NCBI GenBank assembly: GCA_965203095.1
Contig: OZ241877.1
Span: 1,440,001-1,504,000, forward strand
Direction: 5' to 3'
DNA: 64,000 nucleotides
From: Bdellovibrionales bacterium
GTDB lineage: Bacteria > Bdellovibrionota > Bdellovibrionia > Bdellovibrionales > UBA1609
Position 1 is the first letter of the stretch, and every line of letters starts with the position of its first letter. The notes under the pieces are model-generated. The model was given only the letters and a program-made list of their open reading frames with translations, was not told the origin of the DNA and ran no database searches. The position numbers and the translations under genes are program-made. Below, in pieces: positions 49,291 through 58,752 of the stretch.

Positions 49291-50877
49291 TTATTTAATA
49301 CATTGATGATCGGCACAGAATTGTTGGATCCTTTGGCTGGCCAGATGAAAAATACTGCCCTCATTTGATGTTTCTTCCTCTTCATCGGGGAAGTCTTCGG
49401 TATCTGAAAAAGCCATATCTTGAGGCTCTCCATCCCCTTCAGCTGAGTCCCGATCGTAAGAGGGAGAGTCAGATGAACTTCCTCCTGGGGCACCGGGGAA
49501 AAAATCACCTCCTGAAAAAGAACCAGTGATATCTCCACTCCCTCTGGAATAAGGATAATCATAATCTGAATCCTCAGATGGGAGGCTGGGGCCTCCTCCA
49601 CTGGGGAGACCTCCTCCTGGCCCTCCGCCAGGTCCATTATTGCTACCGGTGCTGGCCGCCCAACGAGGAGGATTATTATTCAGTTTGGGTTTATTGGGAT
49701 CATCAGGAAGATCATCAGTATCAATTACTCCTAAAGGACCATCATCAGGAGGTAGTAGTAAAAGATTGGGCTTTTTTGTCGACCCTAGAGTACTTCGGCC
49801 AGTAGCAAAACCAGCAGTAGTATCGGGGCCAGGGATAGTAGGATTAGGTAGGGGTGGAGGATTTTTGGGCAACTGATCCACAATGGGTTCACAAAGTTTA
49901 AGTGCGGGGTTGGAGACGGGGGGGCCTGGGCCCGTTCTTGTAGAGGCTGTCCTGCCCACTTGTTTAGAGCAGGCGACCACTTCGCTTTCATCCGACCTAC
50001 TGGAGAGATCCAGTTTTTGATCCTTTATAGCTGAGGAGTTGGCATAAGCCTTTGTCAATAAAAGAATATGCTCCACAACATGGTGGGAATTGTTTATGTT
50101 TTGTTTATCAACATTAACAATAGAACCGTCATCTTGTAAATGACAGGTATAAGGTTCTGTTGATTTAGTATCTGTCAATTTAATATCTATCTCTATATCA
50201 TCTATTTCCTTCTGACTTGCACATTCTTTTGCAAAAGTGATGATCCGGCCCAAACCGGTTTTGTTTGGGTTATATTTTTCAGGGATAGCCCTGTTAAAAC
50301 AGTTGAAAAAATCCTTTTCAAAACGGTTGATGTAGTCATTACATTCCTCTTTGCAATCATCGATATCATCCCCACAAGAGCTTTCTACTAAAGGAGTCAG
50401 TTGTGAGAGCAAACTTCCCAAATAGCCCCCCATAGCTGTTTTATTGTGAATATCGCAAGTTTTGGCCCTGGCCTCCTCATGAGTCAACTCACCAGAACCC
50501 AGCTTATCGCTGGTTTTATAGCCCTTATAGGCACTGTAAAGGGAGGGGAGAACTGGGGTTGCATGTTTAAAAATATCTAAAATCAAACCCGAACAGGACT
50601 TAGGGTTAGAGCAACATTCCGCGGCATCTGCTTTGCTTTCTTGACAGTCTGTTTTTATGGACAAATAAAGTTCTTCTTGATCAGTATCAACCATTTTTTT
50701 GCCCTTAGGCCGGAGGTATTTTTTCACTAAATAATTCATACAACCTTTTTGAGGGTTCAGGGTTATTTTTTTTGTCTGTCCATTCATCGGTAGATAAAAA
50801 AAACATGAACCAAATATCAACAGGATTTTAGGCCGAAAAACATATTTGAAAGCTGTTTGAAAAGTTTTTAAAAACAT
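49291..50877 (-). CDS. Hypothetical secreted Cys-rich protein with Pro/Gly/acidic low-complexity C-terminal region
   Basis: N-terminal hydrophobic stretch, many Cys, PPP/GGG tract, terminal SIF...S.R helix. Confidence 0.7.
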   Translation of the reverse strand: MFLKTFQTAFKYVFRPKILLIFGSCFFYLPMNGQTKKITLNPQKGCMNYLVKKYLRPKGKKMVDTDQEELYLSIKTDCQESKADAAECCSNPKSCSGLILDIFKHATPVLPSLYSAYKGYKTSDKLGSGELTHEEARAKTCDIHNKTAMGGYLGSLLSQLTPLVESSCGDDIDDCKEECNDYINRFEKDFFNCFNRAIPEKYNPNKTGLGRIITFAKECASQKEIDDIEIDIKLTDTKSTEPYTCHLQDDGSIVNVDKQNINNSHHVVEHILLLTKAYANSSAIKDQKLDLSSRSDESEVVACSKQVGRTASTRTGPGPPVSNPALKLCEPIVDQLPKNPPPLPNPTIPGPDTTAGFATGRSTLGSTKKPNLLLLPPDDGPLGVIDTDDLPDDPNKPKLNNNPPRWAASTGSNNGPGGGPGGGLPSGGGPSLPSEDSDYDYPYSRGSGDITGSFSGGDFFPGAPGGSSSDSPSYDRDSAEGDGEPQDMAFSDTEDFPDEEEETSNEGSIFHLASQRIQQFCADHQCIK

Positions 50878-51047
50878 GAAAACTCCACTTTAAAACAGTA
50901 TCGGCAAAAGATCCTGATTTCTTAAGCAAATTTTTAAAAAATATTCACTTGTTTTCAGGGAGCTTAAGGGCTTGACTCGGCCCATTCTTTTTCATTATGT
51001 TCTTTATTGTTGTTTACTCATAATGGAATAATGGAAAAATCTAAAAA

Positions 51048-51995
51048 ATGACAAAAGCCGTTCAAAATATTCTTAAAAATTATGCTGGGGATAACCCTGG
51101 CGTGCTATCCCATCTTTACAGAATATTGAGCCATGGCCAACTGGGCGGGACAGGCAAATTACTGATTCTCCCAGTGGATCAAGGTTTTGAGCATGGCCCA
51201 GCCAACAGTTTTGCAAAAAACCCATCGGCTTATGATCCGGCTTATCACTTCCAGCTGGCCTGTTCAGCCGGCTTAAGTGCTTATTCGGCCCCCTTTGGTT
51301 TTTTAGACAGTTGTGCGAGGGAGTTTGCAGGTCAAATTCCTCTCATACTGAAGGCCAACAGCTCGGACAGCCTATTTAAAGACCAGAAAAAGCCTTTACC
51401 AGCCATCACCTCTGGCGTGGAGGAGGCTCTCAGGCTGGGTTGTTCAGCTATAGGCTGGACCATTTATCCGGGCAGTGGGGATAGAAACTCCATGTATGAA
51501 GACGCCTTTCGCTTAGGGCGATCTGCCAGAAAGGCGGGCCTGCCTCTTGTGATTTGGGCCTATCCCAGAGGGGGGGATCTTTCTAAAAAAGGAGAAACCG
51601 CTTTAGATGTTGTGGCCTATTCCGCTCATATTGCCTGTCAGTTAGGTGCTCATATTATAAAGGTCAAACCCCCAGAGGATTTTTTTGAAAAATGGGAAAG
51701 TGCTTATAAAAGCAGTAAAACTCCCTCTGCCCAATTGAGTGAGAGGGTATCCCATGTCATACAGTCCGCTTTTAACGGCCGGCGAATTGTGATTTTTAGC
51801 GGAGGGCCAGCTAAGGAGGAAAAATCCCTTTTAAGCGAGATCAATGCCATGGCTCAAGGAGGGGCCTTTGGGAGTATTGTGGGGAGAAATGTATTTCAAA
51901 GGCCAAAAACTCAGGCCTTAAGCCTGTTGAGGAAAATTATGGATATTTATAAAAAATCCCCTTCCGTTTTGCCATTAAAAAATCCCAGCTCATGA
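51048..51995 (+). CDS. fbaB: Class I fructose-bisphosphate aldolase
   Basis: ILPVDQGFEHGP, TIYPGS, WAYPRG, HIIKVK, FSGG, GSIVGRN. Confidence 0.94.
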   Translation: MTKAVQNILKNYAGDNPGVLSHLYRILSHGQLGGTGKLLILPVDQGFEHGPANSFAKNPSAYDPAYHFQLACSAGLSAYSAPFGFLDSCAREFAGQIPLILKANSSDSLFKDQKKPLPAITSGVEEALRLGCSAIGWTIYPGSGDRNSMYEDAFRLGRSARKAGLPLVIWAYPRGGDLSKKGETALDVVAYSAHIACQLGAHIIKVKPPEDFFEKWESAYKSSKTPSAQLSERVSHVIQSAFNGRRIVIFSGGPAKEEKSLLSEINAMAQGGAFGSIVGRNVFQRPKTQALSLLRKIMDIYKKSPSVLPLKNPSS

Positions 51996-53866
51996 AAGAA
52001 GAAAATACCCATCCCATTCAACAGGAAAAAATCAGGAAATTGCAAGATCTGCGGAGCCGGGGGGTGGAACCTTACCCCCACATTTGGAATAGGGAAAAAA
52101 CCTCCATCCTTTATTTAAACAAAAAGTTTGAGGCTCTATCTGTAGGGGAGAAGTCTGAAAAGACTTTCCACATTGCGGGTCGCCTTATGAGAAAAAGAGA
52201 CATGGGGAAAACCGCTTTTTTTAACATTCTTGACGAGAACGAGGAGATCCAATGCTATATCCGGAGGGATGATTTTGTTAAGAATAAACTCTCTCCGGAA
52301 AACCCCTTAAAGGATAGCAATCAAACGGCCATTACCGCTTGGGAGTTGTGGAAGCTTTGTGATATTGGGGATATTTTAGGGCTCAGTGGTTTGATTTTTA
52401 AAACTAAAAAGGGGGAACTCTCCCTTCGCATCCAGAGTTTGGCCATGCTTTGCAAAACAATAGGTGCTCTTCCAGAAAAATATCATGGCTTACAGGATAA
52501 AGAGATAAAATATCGTTATCGCCATTTGGATCTGATTATGGATACCAAAGCCCGAAAAGTTTTTAAAACACGCTCAAAAATTATTTATGAGATCCGCAAG
52601 TTTCTTACAGAAAAAGGATTTATAGAGGTAGAAACCCCTATCCTCCAGCCCCTTTACGGTGGGGCTGTGGCCTTCCCTTTTGAAACTCATTTCCGCCGGC
52701 TCAACCAAAAAATGTATTTAAAAATTTCGCCGGAGATTTATTTAAAAAAACTCATTGTGGGTGGTTTTGAGAAGGTTTTTGAAATAGGCAAAAATTTTAG
52801 AAATGAGGGGATCGATCGCTCCCACAGCCCGGAATTTACAATGCTGGAATATTATGAGGCTTATACGGATTATAATTATCAGATGCAGGAGTTAGAAAAG
52901 TTAGTGAGTCATGTGGCTCAAAAAATCAAAGGGCAGTTTAAGTTTAAATATCAGGGAAGAGAATTAGATATTTCCCCTCCTTGGGCAAAAATCAGTTTAA
53001 AAGAATTTAAAGATCAAGTTTTTGTTATTATGGGGATTAAAGAGATCCATAAGCAACAAAAAGGAATGCTGTTAGAGGGATTTAAAAAAGGATTTTTGGA
53101 ATTTTTGGCTCTTTTTTGGAACATTATGAATGAAAAAATCTCTCCTCAAAGGCTTAAAGAAAAACAGGTTCAGTTCCTTTTAAAAGCTTTGCCCCCGAAA
53201 GAGCGACCTGAGGGGGATATTACATTTTCTCAACTGAAAGAAATAACAGAAAAATTAAGAGCGGAGGGGGTTAAGGGGGCTGAGGGGCAAAAATCCCCCA
53301 ACTCAGCAAATGATCTTTTAGAATATGTCCAAAGCATAGATCCTCAAAATGATTTGAGAGCTTTTATCCATTCTGAAAAACAAAATCTTCGGGAGGACTT
53401 GAGGCTCAATTTGGCCTTATTGGCTTTGGAGCTGACTGCTGAAAAGTATTTTTGGAATCCTGTTTTTTTAACTGATTTTCCAAAAGAAAACTCTCCTTTA
53501 ACAAAAAAACACCGGAAAGATCCTCAGTTTGTGGAACGGTTTGAGCCTTATATCGCCGGGATGGAAATAGGCAATGCCTATACAGAACTGAATGACCCCA
53601 TAGATCAAAGAGAGAGGCTGGAGAAACAGCGAGGGAAAGCCTCCGATTTTTTAAAAAATAAGGCGGAAAGTCCAGCCACAGCTTTTCATCCTGTGGATGA
53701 AAACTTCCTCCATGCCATTGAGACGGGAATGCCCCCCACAGGCGGAGTGGGCTTAGGCATAGAGCGATTGGTGATGATACTCACAGATCAAAGAAATCTT
53801 AAGGACTCCACCTTATTTCCTGTTCTGAGGGACAAAGGGGACAAAGGGGAAAAAAAAGGAAGATAA
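51992..53866 (+). CDS. lysS: Lysine-tRNA ligase (class II) with enlarged insertion domain
   Basis: LPEKYHGL, YRYRHLDL, EVETPIL, FRNEGID..H.PEFT, ERFE, NAYTELNDP, GMPPTGG.G.GIERL. Confidence 0.97.
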   Translation: MKEENTHPIQQEKIRKLQDLRSRGVEPYPHIWNREKTSILYLNKKFEALSVGEKSEKTFHIAGRLMRKRDMGKTAFFNILDENEEIQCYIRRDDFVKNKLSPENPLKDSNQTAITAWELWKLCDIGDILGLSGLIFKTKKGELSLRIQSLAMLCKTIGALPEKYHGLQDKEIKYRYRHLDLIMDTKARKVFKTRSKIIYEIRKFLTEKGFIEVETPILQPLYGGAVAFPFETHFRRLNQKMYLKISPEIYLKKLIVGGFEKVFEIGKNFRNEGIDRSHSPEFTMLEYYEAYTDYNYQMQELEKLVSHVAQKIKGQFKFKYQGRELDISPPWAKISLKEFKDQVFVIMGIKEIHKQQKGMLLEGFKKGFLEFLALFWNIMNEKISPQRLKEKQVQFLLKALPPKERPEGDITFSQLKEITEKLRAEGVKGAEGQKSPNSANDLLEYVQSIDPQNDLRAFIHSEKQNLREDLRLNLALLALELTAEKYFWNPVFLTDFPKENSPLTKKHRKDPQFVERFEPYIAGMEIGNAYTELNDPIDQRERLEKQRGKASDFLKNKAESPATAFHPVDENFLHAIETGMPPTGGVGLGIERLVMILTDQRNLKDSTLFPVLRDKGDKGEKKGR

Positions 53867-53900
53867 AACCACTTGAAAGGTTTTTAGAGAGGCTTATTTT

Positions 53901-54374
53901 ATGTTTAAGGTGGCTTTGGTGGAACCAGAGATCCCCTCTAATACAGGGAATATTGGGCGAACCTGTGTGGCGACTCAATCGGAGTTAGAGCTTATCGGCC
54001 CTTTAGCTTTTGAAATCACTGATAAAAAACTCAAAAGGGCGGGTTTGGACTATTGGCCCCATCTCAAATACAAAATTTACAAAAATTTACAAGAATGGGA
54101 GAGCCAAAGCCCTTTAGAGCGAGCTTGGTTTTTTAGTGTCAGAGGGAAAATACCCCTCTATGACTGCAAAATAAAAAAAGGGGATATTTTGGTTTTTGGG
54201 AAAGAGACCAAAGGCTTGGGGCAGGATCTCCTCCGCCGTTTTGAAAAACAAACCGTCCGGCTCCCTTTTGCAGGTCCGGTCCGTTCTCTCAACTTGTCTA
54301 ACACTGTGGCCATTGCTTTATTTGAGGCCCTAAGGCAAAATCGAGATAGCCCTCCCTCTTTTTCACAGCTTTAA
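53901..54374 (+). CDS. trmL: tRNA (cytidine/uridine34-2'-O)-methyltransferase
   Basis: PEIPSNTGNIGR, RAGLDYW, FGKETKGL, RSLNLSN. Confidence 0.96.
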   Translation: MFKVALVEPEIPSNTGNIGRTCVATQSELELIGPLAFEITDKKLKRAGLDYWPHLKYKIYKNLQEWESQSPLERAWFFSVRGKIPLYDCKIKKGDILVFGKETKGLGQDLLRRFEKQTVRLPFAGPVRSLNLSNTVAIALFEALRQNRDSPPSFSQL

Positions 54375-54465
54375 AAAATCACTCTTTTTCACCAATCATT
54401 GCTATTGAGAAAGATAATTTTTTATAAAGCTAAAAAAGGAGAGGATTTCTTCCGATTATTTAAGT

Positions 54466-55446
54466 ATGAAGAAACTTTCAAAAATCTTTTTTTTGATTTT
54501 ATTCACAGGATTTTTGCCGGCCTGCCTTGTTCAGGACAATTCTGGAAACTTTTTATTAGGGCAACAAGATTCTTGCGACTTCCCCATTCATCCATTGACT
54601 GGAGAGGGTATTCATTGGGATAGGGAGGATTTTCCCATTCCCTTATATGTTCATGACTCTGTGCCCCCTTTGGCCCATCGTATTTTTGTCTCTGTTGTGG
54701 ATCAATGGAATATGACTTGGGAGGACTTCCTCTTAAACGAGGGACTGGAGCCTTTTGATTTGTTTGTCTTGAAGAGCCAGAATCAACAGTATTCCGGTTC
54801 TCCCGCAGTGGATCAAAATAACATGCTTTTTTTTGAAGAAGATCTCAGCCGATACAATCAACCTTTGTCTGCTCAGGCCATTACAACTGTATTTCCTGAT
54901 AGACAGGGTAGGATAAAAGATGCAGATATTCTTGCAAGTCGACATATAGTCACAGACTATATAAAAACCCCATTCTTTTATGATGAAAGTTATGCTGAGG
55001 AGACCCGCTTGGCCAGAAAAAGAGTTCAGGAGAACAGGCGATTGGCCAGCCTTCAACCTCAAAATCTTTGGTTTCGGATAGGTAGTGTTATGCAACAATG
55101 GCTGAAATTCTTTTTAAAGCCATTTCAAAAACAAAAACCTATTCGTCAAACAGCCAGCTCAAGGCTGAGAATCCCTCAAAATCGAGCGGATTATGTGAGT
55201 GTGATGATACATGAATTGGGTCATGTGCTGGGCCTAGGCCATAAAGATAAAGAGGAGGAGTTGGCTCAAGCTTTGTCTTCTTATGGAGATTTACAAAATA
55301 GAGTGCCAGCCTCTCGCCGGCAGAGGAGAGCGGGAAAAAAAGTTTATGTTTCCATAATGGAGCCACGTTTAGAAAATGGCACTACAAGGCGACATATCTA
55401 TCGTTATGATTTGGAAAATTTGTTATGTGGTTATTTTGGTTATTAG
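54466..55446 (+). CDS. Matrixin-like (metzincin) metalloprotease lipoprotein
   Basis: Lipobox LPAC; HELGHVLGLGH; SIMEP Met-turn. Confidence 0.88.
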   Translation: MKKLSKIFFLILFTGFLPACLVQDNSGNFLLGQQDSCDFPIHPLTGEGIHWDREDFPIPLYVHDSVPPLAHRIFVSVVDQWNMTWEDFLLNEGLEPFDLFVLKSQNQQYSGSPAVDQNNMLFFEEDLSRYNQPLSAQAITTVFPDRQGRIKDADILASRHIVTDYIKTPFFYDESYAEETRLARKRVQENRRLASLQPQNLWFRIGSVMQQWLKFFLKPFQKQKPIRQTASSRLRIPQNRADYVSVMIHELGHVLGLGHKDKEEELAQALSSYGDLQNRVPASRRQRRAGKKVYVSIMEPRLENGTTRRHIYRYDLENLLCGYFGY

Positions 55447-55604
55447 TTATTTAAACCCTTTTAGGAGGAAGTTGGCTTTTTTAGAGTTTGTGCTTTCAGT
55501 TGGCTTTTTTTCTTAAGAGGAGGTTTTTTTAAAAGGCGGACGATTTTTTAAAAACCGTGAGCTTGAGAATTTTCAAGTAAATTCACTTTAAGGGGCTTTT
55601 TGAT

Positions 55605-55859
55605 TTGATTATGGATAAGGGCAAGAAATCTTTGAAATTCATAAAAAACTCTAAAGAGAGCTTTTTGGCCTCTCCTCTAATTGAGGGCGACTTGGCTTTA
55701 GGGGTTAAAAGTGATTTGCCCAAGTTTCATCCCTCTTTTGTGGAGGAAGAGGGTCTCTGTCAGATTCTTGACAAGAGTCTTTTTCAGTTAGAGCAAAATA
55801 TGGCTTTTTTTGGCATGGCCATTCAAGAAGTTCAAGACATTATTTCCGCAGTAAAATGA
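55605..55859 (+). CDS. Small hypothetical protein
   Basis: 84-aa ORF with C-terminal amphipathic helix; no recognised motif. Confidence 0.5.
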   Translation: MIMDKGKKSLKFIKNSKESFLASPLIEGDLALGVKSDLPKFHPSFVEEEGLCQILDKSLFQLEQNMAFFGMAIQEVQDIISAVK

Positions 55860-55934
55860 ATTTATGTATGGTATCCAGCAGAGGGATTGCCTAATTCGTG
55901 TATGCGATCTAATAAATATAGATTTTTTTACAAG

Positions 55935-58319
55935 CTATAGCTTGAGATGAAGGCCCAAACCATAGCCCAAGTGACTATCATAAAGGCCCATAAGGGAAAT
56001 GTATTGGCTCAGCCGGTATTCTAAACCCAGGTGATACTCTATTTCTACCTCATCACTTTGCCCTTGTTTTAATAAATCAGCAAGCTTCCAAGCGGTATAT
56101 CCTTCCGCTAAAAAATGAAAACGAGGGAAGATCATCAGCTCATAATCTAAACCGAGGCGAATATTTGTCCCTTGGGCCAAAACATCAAAGCCATTTAAAA
56201 CATTCATCCTGTGGCCCAAGCTGAGTTCCATATCCACAAGATAAGGTAGGAAATATTTAAAGCCTATACGGGTCTCCCATCCCCAATCGCTTAAAAGATC
56301 TTTTTTGTGATTTTTTATATCCACAGCCCCATAAAGCCGGAAAAAATCACTAATGAATCTTTCATAAGAGCTTGTGACTTCAAAATTACCTTTAAAGCGA
56401 AAGTTGTAATCCAAATAAGACATCGCCCCATCAATGGCCAATCTATTTTTGAAGTTGGAAAAAACCCCCTCCAGCTCTACAATCCTGCCTAAAAGGGAAA
56501 GCTCTCCCCAAGAGAACCACTGCCTGTCCCCATTTAAAACTTTGGACAGAGGGTAATCTTTCAACCGGTTGTCCCTATAATTTCCTTGGCTGAAAATGCG
56601 GGACATTCCCGCCTTCATGTGGTAAAGGATATGGCAGTGGAAAAACCAATCCCCCGGCACATCGGCTTGAAACTCTATAACCGTTGTCTCCATAGGTGGA
56701 ACATCCACAGTGTGTTTCCAAGGGGAGTGATCTCCATTTTTATTTAAAACCCTGAAAAAATGCCCGTGCAGGTGCAAAGGATGATGCATCATGGTTTTGT
56801 TGTTGAGGATAAGCCTTGTGATCTCTTTGCTTTTGATGGGGATTTTGTCGGATTCAGAGAGGTTTTTCCCGTTAAAACTCCAAACATATCTCCACATATT
56901 CCCTGTTAGATCCAGTTTAATTTCCCGAACGGGCATTTTGTTTGAAAAGTTGGATTTTTTTACTGATTTTAAATGGCTATAAGATTTTGAAGGGGGATGA
57001 GGAGAGGCTTTATCCTTCATCAAAGAGTTTTCTTCTTTTTTTGCACTATGAGAAGATAAGTTTTGATGATGAATAGCCCTATGCCCTTTGTGGTAAGAAT
57101 CACTATGCCCTTTGTGGGAAGAATCACTATGTGCTTTGTGAGAGGAATCACCATGTGCTTTGTGAGAGGAATCACCATGTGCTTTGTGAGAGGAATCACT
57201 ATGCCCTTTGTGGGAAGAGTCGCTATGCCCTTTGTGGGAAGAGTCGCTATGCCCTTTGTGGAGCTGGCTCATCCGTTTCATTTCCTCAATATAATCTAAG
57301 GGGGGAATGTCAGGAGCTTTTAAAAGCGGACCTCTTCCTATTACAGCTACAGCTCCCCCCGATCCGTCCTGAGCTGTGGCTTTAAACTCTATGGATTTTC
57401 CCTTAGGGATATCAATGATAAAATCATAAGTCTCCGCAACAGCCTGCAAAAGTTTATTGGCCAAAACCGGCTGAACATTCACACCATCGGCAGAAATTAA
57501 AAGAGGTTTCGCCCCCCCAAAAGAGAGCCAAAAATAAGTGGAGGCTGAAGCATTGATAAGCCTGAGTCGGACTTTTTTTCCTGAAGAGATATTTTCATAA
57601 TTTTGTATGGGCTTTCCGTTAATGAGAAAAAGCGGGTAATAGACATCCGAAATGTCAGCCCCATGCATCCTCATTTTCCAAAAATCAAGTTGTGCCCTAA
57701 AAGCCCCCTTCATCAAAACATCAAGAAGACTGGGCAAAGCCTTTTTTTTAATCGCCGGCCACTCATCCCCTCTTTTTAAAGAGCGAAGGATCTCTTTTGG
57801 ATTTTTATCTGTCCAGTCAGATAACAGCAAAACCAACTCTTGTGGCTGAGTTTTTCTCTCAGTAGGAGTGTCGCCTTTTCGTTCCTTAATGATAAAAGCT
57901 CCAAAAAGCCCCCTTTGCTCTTGAAGCCCTGTATGAGAATGATACCAATAAGTCCCTGGAGCCTGCTTTATTATAAATTCAAACTTATGAGTTTGGCCAG
58001 GGCGAATGGGTGGGCTGGTTAAATAGGGAACGCCATCTTCAAAATTGGGCAAAAGGATACCGTGCCAGTGGATGGAGGTCTCCACATCCATTTTGTTTTG
58101 AACATGAATAATCGCTTTTTCTCCCTGATAGAAGTAAAGTGTTGGGGCGGGAATAGAGTTATTGATGGCCATGGCCTTTTGTGGTTGGCCTGTGAAATGG
58201 ACTGTTTTATAATCCACAGTCAGATGATAGGATCTTTTAAGAGTGGCCTTTCCCGCCAAGGGCTTATCAGCACTTGTTAAAAAACAGGAGAAGGAAATAA
58301 AAAAGGTCAAAATCAGCAT
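55935..58319 (-). CDS. CopA/PcoA-like multicopper oxidase with His-rich linker and C-terminal barrel-like domain
   Basis: HWHG, YWYHSH, HPLHLHGH, HCHILYHM; C-terminus with alternating aromatic beta-strand pattern. Confidence 0.92.
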   Translation of the reverse strand: MLILTFFISFSCFLTSADKPLAGKATLKRSYHLTVDYKTVHFTGQPQKAMAINNSIPAPTLYFYQGEKAIIHVQNKMDVETSIHWHGILLPNFEDGVPYLTSPPIRPGQTHKFEFIIKQAPGTYWYHSHTGLQEQRGLFGAFIIKERKGDTPTERKTQPQELVLLLSDWTDKNPKEILRSLKRGDEWPAIKKKALPSLLDVLMKGAFRAQLDFWKMRMHGADISDVYYPLFLINGKPIQNYENISSGKKVRLRLINASASTYFWLSFGGAKPLLISADGVNVQPVLANKLLQAVAETYDFIIDIPKGKSIEFKATAQDGSGGAVAVIGRGPLLKAPDIPPLDYIEEMKRMSQLHKGHSDSSHKGHSDSSHKGHSDSSHKAHGDSSHKAHGDSSHKAHSDSSHKGHSDSYHKGHRAIHHQNLSSHSAKKEENSLMKDKASPHPPSKSYSHLKSVKKSNFSNKMPVREIKLDLTGNMWRYVWSFNGKNLSESDKIPIKSKEITRLILNNKTMMHHPLHLHGHFFRVLNKNGDHSPWKHTVDVPPMETTVIEFQADVPGDWFFHCHILYHMKAGMSRIFSQGNYRDNRLKDYPLSKVLNGDRQWFSWGELSLLGRIVELEGVFSNFKNRLAIDGAMSYLDYNFRFKGNFEVTSSYERFISDFFRLYGAVDIKNHKKDLLSDWGWETRIGFKYFLPYLVDMELSLGHRMNVLNGFDVLAQGTNIRLGLDYELMIFPRFHFLAEGYTAWKLADLLKQGQSDEVEIEYHLGLEYRLSQYISLMGLYDSHLGYGLGLHLKL
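57066..57260 (-). repeat. 24-nt coding repeat HK[G/A]H[S/G]DS[S/Y], seven units plus a partial
   Basis: Visible in DNA and protein. Confidence 0.93.
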
Positions 58320-58344
58320 GAGCCTAAAAAAACTTAAATTTTCA

Positions 58345-58363
58345 GATTTTTCACGGAGGAATA
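58345..58363. repeat. Isolated family-A terminal repeat
   Basis: GATTTTTCACGGAGGAATA; its reverse complement matches TAATCCTCCGTGAAAAA at 44004. Confidence 0.65.
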
Positions 58364-58369
58364 AATAAA

Positions 58370-58594
58370 CTATTTGCTTTTGATTAGTGCTAAAAGAGTA
58401 TCCAGCTTGGCTTCTATGTTATCCATTCTCTTTTCAAGTTTAGCTTGTCCAGCTTCAAGCCCCTCTATTCTTTTCTCAAGTGGATTGATCTTTAAGTTTA
58501 AAATAGCATTTACTCCTAAAAGCAAAAAAGACAGTGTCACCACAACACAAGATATAACAATCAGTAAAGGGACAAAATATTCTAAACTTTCCAT
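58370..58594 (-). CDS. Small TM + coiled-coil protein
   Basis: SD AAGGAG, promoter TTTACT-17-GATAAT (58627-58655), one TM helix then heptads. Confidence 0.75.
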   Translation of the reverse strand: MESLEYFVPLLIVISCVVVTLSFLLLGVNAILNLKINPLEKRIEGLEAGQAKLEKRMDNIEAKLDTLLALIKSK

Positions 58595-58752
58595 ATTAAC
58601 TCCTTATGGTTAGGTTTTATATATCCATTATCCTCTATTTAAAATAAAAAGTAAAGATTTTTTTTTGAAAAAATCTCAATTTTCTCAATTGAAAGTGTCA
58701 TTTGGCTCAAAAGGGGCCATTTTAAGCAAACACATGTTCTTTTCATTAGGAG

